Source of the DNA: an uncultured Akkermansia sp.
GTDB lineage: Bacteria; Verrucomicrobiota; Verrucomicrobiia; Verrucomicrobiales; Akkermansiaceae
NCBI GenBank assembly: GCA_947588645.1
Contig: CANPYO010000002.1
Span: forward strand, 11,864-75,863
DNA: 64,000 bases
Direction: 5' to 3'
This document shows, one piece after another, positions 8,894-18,507 of this stretch; position 1 is the stretch's first letter; every line of letters starts with the position of its first letter. A model generated the notes under the pieces. That model was not told where the DNA came from and ran no database searches. It worked only from the letters and a program-made list of their open reading frames with translations. The position numbers and the translations under genes are program-made.

Positions 8894-10699
8894 ATGCCAA
8901 CGGATATACGACTCAAGCGCAACTTTTCCATCATTGCGCACATCGACCACGGCAAGACGACACTTTCGGATCGCTTGCTGGAACGCACGCACACCATAGC
9001 TGAGCGCGATAAGCAGGATCAACTGCTGGACGCGATGGATCTGGAACGTGAAAAGGGCATTACGATCAAATCCCACCCGGTGACGATGCGCTACACGGCA
9101 CAGGATGGCGAGAGTTACGAACTCAATTTGCTGGACACGCCGGGGCACGTAGATTTTTCGTATGAGGTGTCACGCTCGTTGGCGGCGTGTGATGGGGCCT
9201 TGCTCATCGTAGATGCGGCTCAGGGGGTGGAGGCGCAGACGCTTGCCAACATGCACCTGGCCATGCAGCAAAAGCTCGAGATTGTGCCAGTCATCAACAA
9301 GATCGACCTCCCGGGCGCTGATTTGCCTAAGGTGTATCGCCAGCTTGAAGAGCTTATTTGCATCCCGCGCGAGGAGGCTATCCTTTGCTCGGCAAAGGCG
9401 GGAATCGGCATCGAAGATGTGCTCGAAGCCATCGTAAATCGCATTCCCGCACCGAAACAGGCGGAAGATGACAAACTCAGGGCGTTGGTGTTCGATTCTG
9501 TGTACGATGCGTATCGGGGCGTGGTATCGTACGTGCGGGTGGTGAGCGGGAGAGTGGCGCGGGGTATGAAGGTGAAGCTTTTTGCGACGCCGGACACCTT
9601 TGAGGTGAAGGAGGTGGGCATTTTCACACCCGGCATGCAGGCGGCGGGTGAGCTGAGCACCGGCGATGTAGGTTACATCATCGCCAACATGAAGAGCGCT
9701 GCCGATGTGAAAATAGGCGACACGTACACGGATCTGCAAAACCCCTGCATTGAGCCGTTGCCGGGCTTCAAAGAGATCCACCCCATGGTCTTCTCCGGCA
9801 TTTACCCGGTAGATTCTGCCGACTACGAGAACCTGAAGACGGCCATGGCGAAGCTGCAGATTAACGATGCGGCATTCACGTACATGGCAGAGAGTTCCGT
9901 GGCTCTGGGTTTTGGCTTCCGTTGCGGATTCCTAGGCTTGCTGCACATGGAGATTATCCAGGAGCGGTTGAGACGCGAGTTCAACATGGATGTCATCTCC
10001 ACCTACCCCTCCGTCATTTATGAAGTCACAAAAACGGACGGTAGTGAACTGACGGTGGATAACCCGGGGATGCTTCCCGAGACGCAGGAGATTCAGGAAA
10101 TACGCGAGCCCATGGTGAAAGTGTTTATCATGCTGCCCAGCGAGTACATCGGTGACATGATGCGGTTGGTCATGGAAAAGCGCGGAGAGGTGATTCATAC
10201 TGAGACGATCGACGACACGCGCGTCATGCTCACTTGCCGCATCCCCATGGCAGAGATTTTGGTGGACTTCAACGACAAGCTCAAGAGCATTACCCGAGGC
10301 TACGGAAGCATGGATTATGAGTTTGACGGATACAGCCCCGCTCAGCTCGTGAAAATGGATATGCTCATTGCCGGCGAGCCTGTGGATGCCTTCTCAATGA
10401 TCGTCCACCGCCAGCGTGCTGAAGCGCAGGGGCGCGAACTTGCGCTCAAGCTTAAAGAAGTTATCCCTCGGCAACTCTTCACCGTGGCGATTCAGGCCTG
10501 TATCGGTGGTAAAATCATCGCCCGTGAGAGTATTTCTCCCATGCGTAAAAATGTGACCGCAAAATGCTACGGTGGGGACGTGACACGTAAACGCAAACTT
10601 CTCGAAAAGCAGAAAGAGGGTAAGAAGCGCATGAAAGCCATCGGTCGTGTCAATATCCCGCAGGAGGCCTTCATTAATGTTCTCAAGAGCGGCAACTAG
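8894..10699 (+). CDS. lepA: Elongation factor 4 (LepA)
   Basis: RNFSIIAHIDHGKTTLSDRL, DTPGHVDF, GFRCGFLGLLHMEI and KCYGGDVTRKRKLLEKQKEGKKRMK. Confidence 0.98.
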   Translation: MPTDIRLKRNFSIIAHIDHGKTTLSDRLLERTHTIAERDKQDQLLDAMDLEREKGITIKSHPVTMRYTAQDGESYELNLLDTPGHVDFSYEVSRSLAACDGALLIVDAAQGVEAQTLANMHLAMQQKLEIVPVINKIDLPGADLPKVYRQLEELICIPREEAILCSAKAGIGIEDVLEAIVNRIPAPKQAEDDKLRALVFDSVYDAYRGVVSYVRVVSGRVARGMKVKLFATPDTFEVKEVGIFTPGMQAAGELSTGDVGYIIANMKSAADVKIGDTYTDLQNPCIEPLPGFKEIHPMVFSGIYPVDSADYENLKTAMAKLQINDAAFTYMAESSVALGFGFRCGFLGLLHMEIIQERLRREFNMDVISTYPSVIYEVTKTDGSELTVDNPGMLPETQEIQEIREPMVKVFIMLPSEYIGDMMRLVMEKRGEVIHTETIDDTRVMLTCRIPMAEILVDFNDKLKSITRGYGSMDYEFDGYSPAQLVKMDMLIAGEPVDAFSMIVHRQRAEAQGRELALKLKEVIPRQLFTVAIQACIGGKIIARESISPMRKNVTAKCYGGDVTRKRKLLEKQKEGKKRMKAIGRVNIPQEAFINVLKSGN

Positions 10700-10702
10700 A
10701 CC

Positions 10703-11524
10703 ATGGACATACTGCAAGCCATCGTATTGGGGGTTGTGGAGGGGCTCACAGAGTACCTGCCTGTTTCCTCTACGGGGCATTTGATTATCGCGCAATACCT
10801 GCTCGGCATGCGGGAGAGTTCGGCCTTGAGTGCATTTGAAGTTTGCATTCAGGGGGGGGCGATTCTGGCGGTGCTGGGGCTGTATTTTCCACGCGTGGCG
10901 CAAATGTGGCGCGGTCTGCTGGGAAAGGCCCCGGAGGGGCGACGGCTTGCCGTGAACTTGCTCATCGGCTTTTTCCCCGCCGCTGTGGTTGGGCTGATTG
11001 GTTCGCGTTTCATCAAGACTTACCTGTTTAATGCGCCTACGGTGATGGTGAGTTGGGCGCTCGGAGGGATTGTGATCCTGCTCTACGTGCGCGCCCGCCA
11101 ACGCGCCGGGAAGGCTGATGCAGGAATCCCGCTGGAACGACTTTCTGCGCGCGGTGCGCTCGGAATCGGTCTCATGCAGTGCATTGCCATGTGCCCGGGA
11201 GTAAGTCGGAGCCTCATGACCATGCTCGGAGGACTTTGTGCAGGGCTCAGTTTGGCCGCTGCGGTGGAGTTCAGTTTCCTGCTCGGTCTCATCACCCTGG
11301 GAGCGGCTACTTGCCACGATGCCGTGGCGCACGGCGCGGACATGCTGCAGCAAATCGGCTGGCAGGCCATGCTCATCGGCACCCTTGTCGCTTGGGTGAG
11401 TTCTATTGTAGCCGTCAAGTGGATGGTCGCGTTCCTCCAGCGCCACAGCCTGTCCATCTTCGGTTGGTATCGATTGGTTGCCGCCGCATTCATGCTTCTG
11501 CTTATAACGCAAGGTCTTCGCTGA
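10703..11524 (+). CDS. uppP: Undecaprenyl-diphosphate phosphatase (BacA)
   Basis: LGVVEGLTEYLPVSSTGHL and PGVSRS motifs; multiple TM helices. Confidence 0.95.
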   Translation: MDILQAIVLGVVEGLTEYLPVSSTGHLIIAQYLLGMRESSALSAFEVCIQGGAILAVLGLYFPRVAQMWRGLLGKAPEGRRLAVNLLIGFFPAAVVGLIGSRFIKTYLFNAPTVMVSWALGGIVILLYVRARQRAGKADAGIPLERLSARGALGIGLMQCIAMCPGVSRSLMTMLGGLCAGLSLAAAVEFSFLLGLITLGAATCHDAVAHGADMLQQIGWQAMLIGTLVAWVSSIVAVKWMVAFLQRHSLSIFGWYRLVAAAFMLLLITQGLR

Positions 11525-11647
11525 CGCGATCCGACGACCTCATATTGGCAGCGCCCCCGCGACTTTGTAACGACATCCTCGCGTAGTTCCACAATTCCGC
11601 GCCCGCATTTGCTCCGCTAAACTCGCGGCGTAGCCACCGAACTCCCT

Positions 11648-11700
11648 AAATCGTAAATGAATTGCATGATTTTAGGAAAATCTTATTGGGACAAATGTGG
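11648..11700. repeat. AAATCGT heptamer plus P-family terminal motif
   Basis: AAATCGTAAATGAATTGCAT...TATTGGGACAAATGTGG, matching 1554-1613. Confidence 0.7.
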
Positions 11701-11774
11701 CGGTTGCTATGCCTTTTTCTATTGCTGCTTGGAACGGGGTGTGTTAAACTTCTCGCAGAGTTATGCACGAGGAT

Positions 11775-11951
11775 ATGGGCAAAAGCGAGGACGTTCTCAC
11801 GAATGTTCAAACCAAGAAGGTAAGATATGTTGGGCGCAATGTGCAGCGCCGTGTTGTGAGCTCCTTTTGGGTAATTTTCTGGTGTGCGCTTGCTCTTCTC
11901 TCTATGTCTCTGTGGCTGCTGCGCCTCCTAGGGCTTGTCAGCTTCCTGTGA
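11775..11951 (+). CDS. Possible small membrane protein (58 aa)
   Basis: Basic N-terminus followed by a hydrophobic C-terminal helix (FWVIFWCALALLSMSLWLLRLLGLV); fills an otherwise empty gap. Confidence 0.35.
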   Translation: MGKSEDVLTNVQTKKVRYVGRNVQRRVVSSFWVIFWCALALLSMSLWLLRLLGLVSFL

Positions 11952-11971
11952 TTTTCAGCGCATGCCGTCTC

Positions 11972-12009
11972 AAAAAAAGCAGCGCGCCGATCCGTGATCG
12001 GCACGCCGC
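11972..12009 (-). terminator. Intrinsic terminator of the TRL-like gene (possibly bidirectional)
   Basis: GCCGATC-CGT-GATCGGC extended hairpin next to A7 (U7 on the minus strand). Confidence 0.7.
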
Positions 12010-12033
12010 TACAATAACCGTAATCAGCCTCTA

Positions 12034-12351
12034 TTAGTTGCCGCGTACCACGGTGGTGTAGGAGGTGATGATGCCCAAGATATTCTTGCGCTTCACATCC
12101 ACGCTGGATACTGTGCTGATGCCACCCGCGCGCTTTGCTGCGTCAATGGAGCTGTCGCCCAGTGCAACAACGCCCAAGTAAGAGGTGGAGGTGGCTTCGC
12201 CCACGCGGCTGCCGGCATTGCCGGAAACGGCCACGGGATCTGCAACGTCGGCATACACTGCTCCAACCGGGCGAGTGCTGAGCGCGCCGGCGCAGCTGGT
12301 GAAGATGAATCCAACGGCGGTAAGAGCAACAAGTGCTATGGTCTTTTTCAT
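12034..12351 (-). CDS. TRL-like family lipoprotein
   Basis: Lipobox FTSC; GEATSTSYLGVVALGDSSIDAAKRAGGISTVSSVD is typical of the TRL family; 105 aa. Confidence 0.8.
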   Translation of the reverse strand: MKKTIALVALTAVGFIFTSCAGALSTRPVGAVYADVADPVAVSGNAGSRVGEATSTSYLGVVALGDSSIDAAKRAGGISTVSSVDVKRKNILGIITSYTTVVRGN

Positions 12352-12492
12352 TGTAATAATGATCTGTTTGGTTATCTTGCGCCACGCATGCTTTCCTTCC
12401 ACTCTCAGCGGCGATCGCCCACGCGGCGACGCCACTATATTACACGACAACTGGTGTTGTCAACAAAAAACTGTTTCCGGCACTCATAAAAT

Positions 12493-12795
12493 CCACACGT
12501 GTCCCAATAAAGTCTCCTCCGGGCTCATTCAACCCGTTCCTCCTGCGTTTCCCATGGATGAAGAAGGTAAGCCAGCAAGAAGTTCAAACCATTGATGATT
12601 GGGCATAGCGTAGCAGCAGATGCTTTCCTCCTATCAATGCATCATCGTTTCAAGAGTTCCGCTACGCACCGGCTCGGCAATCTCGCGCGTAGTGCGTAGG
12701 CGTTCAAACTGTAAATCGCAAATAACCAACAACTTATGCTTCGTGATGCGCCGTTAACTGCCTATTGGGGGTGCTCTTTCTTGGGACGGATGTGG
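12493..12795 (+). repeat. P-family interspersed element (~300 bp) with imperfect terminal inverted repeats
   Basis: Starts CCACACGTGTCCCAATA, ends TCTTGGGACGGATGTGG; shares segments with 16295-16499, 39985-40200 and 63864-63940. Confidence 0.65.
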
Positions 12796-12824
12796 AGCAC
12801 GGCTTCGAGACATCCTTTTTTGCC

Positions 12825-12853
12825 TTGCAGAGCGGGGCAAGATATGGCATACT
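12825..12853 (+). promoter_or_regulatory. Promoter of the FHA gene
   Basis: TTGCAG-17 nt-CATACT with TGG extension. Confidence 0.55.
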
Positions 12854-12867
12854 AACCGCGTCAAGTT

Positions 12868-13494
12868 ATGCCTCGTATACTTATCAGGGAGCCAAATCAT
12901 TTCTACACCTACGAACTTCCGGTGGCTCCGGGAGGGGAGGTGGTGGTGGGCAGTGCGCCCACGTGTCAGCTTGCACTGCCCGGCGTTGGGGGACTCGCTC
13001 CGACCCACGCGCGCATCGTCTGCCAACCTCCGGGGTACGTCATCGAGGATTTGCAGAGCCAATTTGGCACCTTGCAAAATGGCCGCCGTGTGCAGGCGGA
13101 GTACATGACGCCCGGCGCTGAATATATGCTCGGGGCAGCCTGCATCGTTTTGGATCCGAGGAGTGTGCCTGCCCAGCCCCAGCCCCAACAGGCCCAGCCG
13201 CAGCCGGAGGCGCCAAAGGCACAGCCTGCGCCGGACAAAGGTGCGGCGCCGCATGCGATCAAAAAGCCGCACGTGATGAAGAAGGCGGCGGCTCATGGCG
13301 GAACCGGCGCTTCGTCCGTGGGCGGCGCCGATTTGGAAAAGCTCGTCAAAAAATATGACCGCGGCGGGGGATCTAAGCTCACGTTTGTGTACGTGCTGAT
13401 TCTGCTTCTCTTCGCTTTTTATGCGGGGCTAGCTTTGCGTCACTGGCAGCGTACAGGAAATTGCCTGCCCGGTATTGTGGCGGACGGGGACTAA
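12868..13494 (+). CDS. FHA-domain protein with Pro/Gln linker and C-terminal TM helix
   Basis: VVVGSAPTCQLAL...HARI...VIEDLQSQFGTLQNG fits the FHA fold; TM FVYVLILLLFAFYAGLAL. Confidence 0.75.
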   Translation: MPRILIREPNHFYTYELPVAPGGEVVVGSAPTCQLALPGVGGLAPTHARIVCQPPGYVIEDLQSQFGTLQNGRRVQAEYMTPGAEYMLGAACIVLDPRSVPAQPQPQQAQPQPEAPKAQPAPDKGAAPHAIKKPHVMKKAAAHGGTGASSVGGADLEKLVKKYDRGGGSKLTFVYVLILLLFAFYAGLALRHWQRTGNCLPGIVADGD

Positions 13495-13548
13495 ATCCCC
13501 GATTCCCAATGCCGGCGCGTACGTGCCCGGCGGTCAACGGAAGTAAGC

Positions 13549-14955
13549 ATGAGCAGGAGCAGACAGAAGGTAACGCAGATGCTGCTGGCGGCGGCAGTGG
13601 CGCTCGTTTTGCCGACAGGGTGCAAGGACGAAAAAGAAGCGCAACAGACCGCAACTACCGGGCAAGATGTGGGCATACCGCTCCAAGCGGCAGTACCGAC
13701 GGAACCGGAGATGCAGGATGTGCGGCTCAACCTGTTGCCGCTGTTGGCAGACTTCCCGATGGTGAAGTTGGGAGATGTGCAAATGACATGCACGCAGAAG
13801 GAAGATGGAAGAGTGATGGTCACAGCGCGAGCCATGCTCAGTGTGGAAGAAGATTTGTATGCTCCGGAGGATGCCCCGGCTATCTTCAATGCCGAGCGCA
13901 AAGAAATCAATGATGCCATGAATCGTGCCATGCTGCCGGAATCTGCCTATCTGCTGCAGGTGGGCGCTGATGCCGGCAGTATCACCGAAGAAGATCGCGC
14001 CGCCAAGCCCCTCCCGGAGAATCTGCAGAAACTTGCCGACGAAATCAAGCAGCTTGCAGAGCGCCCTGTGTACCGCCTGCATACCCCTGCTCAAACAACG
14101 GTGGAAATCCCTGCTTCCATGCTGGCTTCTCGGGTCGGTGACCATTGGTCGATGAGCGATATCAGTTTCGACACCCAGCCTTTGCGCAGCCTGCTGCCCC
14201 TCATTCCGGAGCGCTCCCTGCCACAGGATGCCACGGTTGTCACAGACGGTTTTGAGGTGAAGCAACGAGCCCTGCTGCGCGAAAAGATTGAGGCCTTCAA
14301 CACTGCGGCAAAGCCTTACATTGACGGTCGTGAGTCCGCCGCACGCACGCGCATGTTGCAGGCAAAAGCGCATCGCGAAGAAGCGGAACAGGCTGCCCGG
14401 CAGGAAGCTGCTGCACGCGAGGAAAGTCGAAAGAACTGGGAAGCTGTCTGCACAAAATTTTTCTACGATTCCGCGGCCTACGCGGGTGAGTGGAAGCGAG
14501 GGAATGCTTTCGGGAAGTTCACCCTACGCATTTCGCGCGCTGAAAAATTCCCTGATTCCCTGCAATTTGTCGGTACCCTCTCCGATACTGACCTCCCGCA
14601 AGCAGAGCTTCGTATTGTGGGACGATGCGAGGCTGCCCCGAAAAATGGCGCTCCCATTCCCTGTGTGGTTCACGTGTATAACGGACGCTATGACCCGGAT
14701 GTGGCTACAGCAGAAGTTTTTGATAAGAAAGACGGCATCTTGCTCCTTTCTCTTGCGGAGGATGGCTCGCTCACCGGCAAATTGACTTGCGAATCTTGGT
14801 CCGAGCAACCGGAAAAAGACTTTGAGGTGCGGTTGAACCACGTGGCTAAAAAAGCCGTTCGTCGCACGCCGAGGCGGCGTCCTGCCGAACCTGGGGCAGC
14901 AGCACCCCCCGCTCCTCCCGCCGCCGCTCCCGCTGCACCACAACCCGAACGCTGA
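13549..14955 (+). CDS. Hypothetical lipoprotein with Pro/Ala-rich tail
   Basis: Lipobox LPTGC; 468 aa; no family recognised. Confidence 0.65.
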   Translation: MSRSRQKVTQMLLAAAVALVLPTGCKDEKEAQQTATTGQDVGIPLQAAVPTEPEMQDVRLNLLPLLADFPMVKLGDVQMTCTQKEDGRVMVTARAMLSVEEDLYAPEDAPAIFNAERKEINDAMNRAMLPESAYLLQVGADAGSITEEDRAAKPLPENLQKLADEIKQLAERPVYRLHTPAQTTVEIPASMLASRVGDHWSMSDISFDTQPLRSLLPLIPERSLPQDATVVTDGFEVKQRALLREKIEAFNTAAKPYIDGRESAARTRMLQAKAHREEAEQAARQEAAAREESRKNWEAVCTKFFYDSAAYAGEWKRGNAFGKFTLRISRAEKFPDSLQFVGTLSDTDLPQAELRIVGRCEAAPKNGAPIPCVVHVYNGRYDPDVATAEVFDKKDGILLLSLAEDGSLTGKLTCESWSEQPEKDFEVRLNHVAKKAVRRTPRRRPAEPGAAAPPAPPAAAPAAPQPER

Positions 14956-14959
14956 GCTT

Positions 14960-15928
14960 TCAGATGAGCTTGAGTCGCACGAGATCCTGCGTGTCGATCA
15001 AGCCGACCGGGCGGTTCTCCCCATCCAGCACCACCAGATCGTCAATGCGGCGGTCACGCAGCGTCCTGACTGCCGCGATAGCTAACTGATCCGCCTGCAC
15101 AAACACCGGAGAAACCGTCATAAATTGCGCTACGGGCAAACTCCCGCAGTCCGGGTGCAATTGGAAAGTTCGCGCAAAGTCTCCGTGCGTGAAAATGCCG
15201 GCCAAAGATCCATCTTCCTTGGTGAGTACACAGGCGCCGCTGCGCGCTTTCGTCATGGCAACAAGGCAATCCATGATGGTCACCCCGCTCGGCAATATCG
15301 CCAAATCTTTGCGCATGATATCCGAGATGCGGGTGAGTAAGGCCCGCCCCAGCGATCCGCCGGGGTGGCTGCGAGCAAAGTCCTCCTTGGTGAAATGTCT
15401 CGCCTCCAACAACGCCATCGCCAACGCATCCCCCATCACCAGCATTGCCGTGGAGGACGAAGTGGGCGCCAGATTCAGCGGATCTGCCTCACGCTGTACG
15501 GACGTGTCCAACACAATGTCCGAGAGCTGGGCAAGGGTGGATCCCGGCTTGCCGGTCATGCCAATGATGGGCATCTCATAGCGTTTCAAAAAGGGAAGCA
15601 GCGCAAGAAGCTCCGAGGTCTCGCCCGAGAAAGACATGGCTATGCAGGTATCACCATCCTGCACGATGCCCAAGTCTCCGTGCATCGCATTCATAGAATC
15701 CAGCACCACAGATGGCGCACCGGTGGACGTCAGCGTCGCGGCGATTTTGTTGCCTACCAACCCGCTCTTCCCCACACCGACGACGATGATTTTATGCCCG
15801 CTCTCCACAGCGTTTTTCATGGCCTCCACGGCTCGGTTAAAGGTGTCGTCCAGTTGCTCCCCGATGACACGCAATGCCTCAATCTCATCCTCGAAAACCT
15901 TTTTCCCGCGTACTGTGTGTTCTGTCAT
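14960..15928 (-). CDS. kdsD: Arabinose-5-phosphate isomerase, KpsF/GutQ family (SIS + 2 CBS)
   Basis: VVGVGKSGLVGNKIAATLTSTG, AMHGDLG, LAPTSSS and HPGGSLG motifs. Confidence 0.92.
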   Translation of the reverse strand: MTEHTVRGKKVFEDEIEALRVIGEQLDDTFNRAVEAMKNAVESGHKIIVVGVGKSGLVGNKIAATLTSTGAPSVVLDSMNAMHGDLGIVQDGDTCIAMSFSGETSELLALLPFLKRYEMPIIGMTGKPGSTLAQLSDIVLDTSVQREADPLNLAPTSSSTAMLVMGDALAMALLEARHFTKEDFARSHPGGSLGRALLTRISDIMRKDLAILPSGVTIMDCLVAMTKARSGACVLTKEDGSLAGIFTHGDFARTFQLHPDCGSLPVAQFMTVSPVFVQADQLAIAAVRTLRDRRIDDLVVLDGENRPVGLIDTQDLVRLKLI

Positions 15929-15954
15929 TGTTCAGTCTGTAAGTTGTCGCCGAC

Positions 15955-15983
15955 ATGCTAACATACGCGCCATTGCGTGTCAA
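15955..15983 (-). promoter_or_regulatory. Promoter of kdsD
   Basis: TTGACA (15983-15978)-17 nt-TAGCAT with TGT extension. Confidence 0.7.
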
Positions 15984-16001
15984 GGTACATGCTTGCCATT
16001 T

Positions 16002-16253
16002 CACGGCAAACGCATTTGGATGAAATGGAAAAGCAGAGAAAACTCTCCAAACGTTTGATCACGTGTCTGTTTCCGAATACGAAAACCGCAATGGCAGCGC
16101 ACTCTGCGATGCATATGAAGTTGTTCCTTTCTCGTTTTTGAGTACATCTGCCGTCCAGAACATATCTGCGCAACGCGCACGTTATCAATAAATCGTACAT
16201 CGTACATCGTACCTCGTACATAGGCAAACGCATTTCCTAATGCGTTTGCCCCG
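16002..16253 (-). mobile_element. MITE, 252 bp, ISAs1-like ends (interior type Z)
   Basis: Ends CACGGCAAACGC and GCGTTTGCCCCG; direct repeat CTTGCCATTT at 15992-16001 and 16254-16263; nearly identical (reverse complement) to 56447-56691. Confidence 0.85.
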
Positions 16254-16294
16254 CTTGCCATTTCACGGTTTGTAATTTGAAAATATGGCGCACC

Positions 16295-16499
16295 CCACAC
16301 GTGTCCCAATACATTGACGATTCGACATAGCGTAACAACAGATGCTTTCCACCCATCAACGTATCATCATTTCAAGAGTTCCGTTACGCACCGGTTCGGC
16401 AATCTAATCTCGCGCCAGCATTCAAATCGTAAATCGTACATAGGTGCCGTCAGGCGCCAATGGCTGCCTGTTGGGATCGCTATTTTGGACGGATGTTGG
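16295..16499 (+). repeat. P-family element, internally deleted variant
   Basis: CCACACGTGTCCCAATA joined directly to the CATAGCGTA...GGCAATCT module seen at about 12604-12690; ends TTTTGGACGGATGTTGG. Confidence 0.65.
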
Positions 16500-16576
16500 C
16501 GCACGAAATCGTCGATTGAAAATCGCATACGCAGATTTTCATTGTCAATACAGACATGATAGGATAGATTGGCGGT

Positions 16577-17008
16577 ATGAAATGTCGGATGCTAGCGTGT
16601 GTGCTGGGGCTGATCTTGGCCTCCTGTGTGGGGACCAAAAAGCTCTCCATACGAACCGAACCGGCGGGGGCGACGGTATGTATCAACGGTGTGCCGCAGG
16701 GGAGCGTGACGCCGATGGAAGTGGAAGTGAATCAAAAGAAGGATTTGGGCATTGTGGTGAGCAAACCCGGGTATGAAAGCACAGCGTACACCGTGGCTAC
16801 ACGCACGAATTGGTGGCTTTCTTTACTCTGGACAAAGAGCGATCCGCGGGCGCGGTTTATCGAAGAAGATGAGGTGACAATACCCATGAAGCGCATACCG
16901 ACGCTGAGTAACTTCCGAGCTAGCAGCATGCCGCCTTACACCGGAGGACGCGAGGCAGCTCCTGCGCCGCCGCCCCTGCGTCCCATGCCCAAAGATTTGG
17001 AGTCATGA
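16577..17008 (+). CDS. PEGA-domain lipoprotein
   Basis: Lipobox LASC; LSIRTEPAGATVCING...TP...IVVSKPGY PEGA pattern. Confidence 0.8.
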   Translation: MKCRMLACVLGLILASCVGTKKLSIRTEPAGATVCINGVPQGSVTPMEVEVNQKKDLGIVVSKPGYESTAYTVATRTNWWLSLLWTKSDPRARFIEEDEVTIPMKRIPTLSNFRASSMPPYTGGREAAPAPPPLRPMPKDLES

Positions 17009-17017
17009 TCGAGACGC

Positions 17018-18493
17018 TCAGCGCATCGTAGCGGTGAGGCAGGGGAGCAAATCGCGGGCGCATACGCACAGGGGGAAGCCCTGTCTGGCTCGGGCAATGC
17101 CTGCAGCTCGTCCGCATAGAAAAGCGCCTAACGCAGCAGCGTGAAAAGGACTGAGACCTTGCGCGGCGAGACCTGCTACGGCTCCGGCCAGCACGTCGCC
17201 CTGACCACCATTAGCCATGAACGGGCCGCCTGTGGAATTGTAGAGGATGGAGGCGCCATCAGAGATGAGTGAGCGGGCTCCTTTGAGCAGAAGCGTGCAG
17301 GGGTGGCGCAGAAGGAATTGGGCTGCAGTTTCGGCACGTGCGAGATCAGCAGCTTGCGGGAAAAGAGCGAGCATTTCTCCGGGATGAGGGGTCAGAATGG
17401 CTTGCCGCGGCCAGGGCAAGTGACCTGCCGCGAGCAGGCGTAGAGCATCAGCATCCATCACCACCGGGCATTCGGCTCGCTCGAGCAGTGCGCTGAGTGC
17501 CGCCTGATTTTCGGCGGATGGTGACCCCAACCCAGGGCCGATGAGGAAAGCTTGCGCGCCTTCGGAGGGAACATCTGCAAAATGATTGACGCGGCGCACC
17601 ATAATCTCCGGAGCCACGCGTACAGCGAGCAGGTCGTAGTACTCCGGCAGGCAGAATAGCTCCACCAGCCCGGCGCCCGAGCGTAAGGCGGCTTCTGCGC
17701 ACATCTGGGCAGCGCCAAGAAAACCGACCGAGCCGGCGATGACACGCACGCGCCCCGCCTGATTTTTGTAGCAGCTGAAATGGCGCTGCGGGAGCAAAGA
17801 AAGCAAGCTGCTGTCAGCCACTTGTGCCGTGGAATGAGGTAGAGGCACGCAGGGCAGGGGCACACCGATCAGGCGTCCCACATAATTTTCTGCGCCATCC
17901 GCGAGCATGCCTTCCTTCACACAGCCGATGGCCAGCGTAACATCAGCGCGCACGGTGTCGGCATCTGCGGCGCCGGTGTCGGCATCCAATCCGGTGGGAA
18001 TATCCACGGAGAGAAGCGCGTTGCGAGGGTTGGTTCGGCGCAGCTCATTCATCTCATGCGCAAGCTGGGCGTATTTCGGGCGCAGCCCCCCGCGCGCGCC
18101 ACTGCCCAGCAGACCATCGATGAGGAGCGTGCCCTCCGATGCCGGAGAAAGGGGGGGCGTGGCGATTTGTACATCCGCCTCTGCTGCGGTGAGTCCCAGT
18201 TGCCTGCGCGTTTCCGGCGCCATTTGTTCGACAGGGGTTGCGCAGCGCAAGGTGATGCGGGTGTATCCCAGCGAGCGGGCAAGGCCAAGGGCGTCCCCGG
18301 CGTTTTTCCCTTTGCCCGCGTACACAATGACGCGCGGTTGGTTCCGTCGCACTTCGGCGTATTCGGCATCGTTCTGCAGTTCAGCCGTTGCAGAGCTGAT
18401 GGCCGCATCCATGAGCCCATCCGGCGTGATGGTACCGGCGTCCAAGACTGCTTGCTCGGCTCGGCGCATCTGCTGACAAGAGAGCACAAACAT
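17018..18493 (-). CDS. nnr: Bifunctional NAD(P)H-hydrate epimerase/dehydratase
   Basis: AGKGKNAGDA, IDGLLGSG, VDIPTG, IGPGLG, VVMDADAL, LTPHPGEM and GGQGDVLAG motifs. Confidence 0.9.
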   Translation of the reverse strand: MFVLSCQQMRRAEQAVLDAGTITPDGLMDAAISSATAELQNDAEYAEVRRNQPRVIVYAGKGKNAGDALGLARSLGYTRITLRCATPVEQMAPETRRQLGLTAAEADVQIATPPLSPASEGTLLIDGLLGSGARGGLRPKYAQLAHEMNELRRTNPRNALLSVDIPTGLDADTGAADADTVRADVTLAIGCVKEGMLADGAENYVGRLIGVPLPCVPLPHSTAQVADSSLLSLLPQRHFSCYKNQAGRVRVIAGSVGFLGAAQMCAEAALRSGAGLVELFCLPEYYDLLAVRVAPEIMVRRVNHFADVPSEGAQAFLIGPGLGSPSAENQAALSALLERAECPVVMDADALRLLAAGHLPWPRQAILTPHPGEMLALFPQAADLARAETAAQFLLRHPCTLLLKGARSLISDGASILYNSTGGPFMANGGQGDVLAGAVAGLAAQGLSPFHAAALGAFLCGRAAGIARARQGFPLCVCARDLLPCLTATMR

Positions 18494-18507
18494 GGCGGGG
18501 TCTTGTC

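Noticed and set aside
10852-10859. G8 tract in uppP as a phase-variation site
   Set aside because: The ORF is intact, the tract encodes a conserved-region GG, and the gene is housekeeping.
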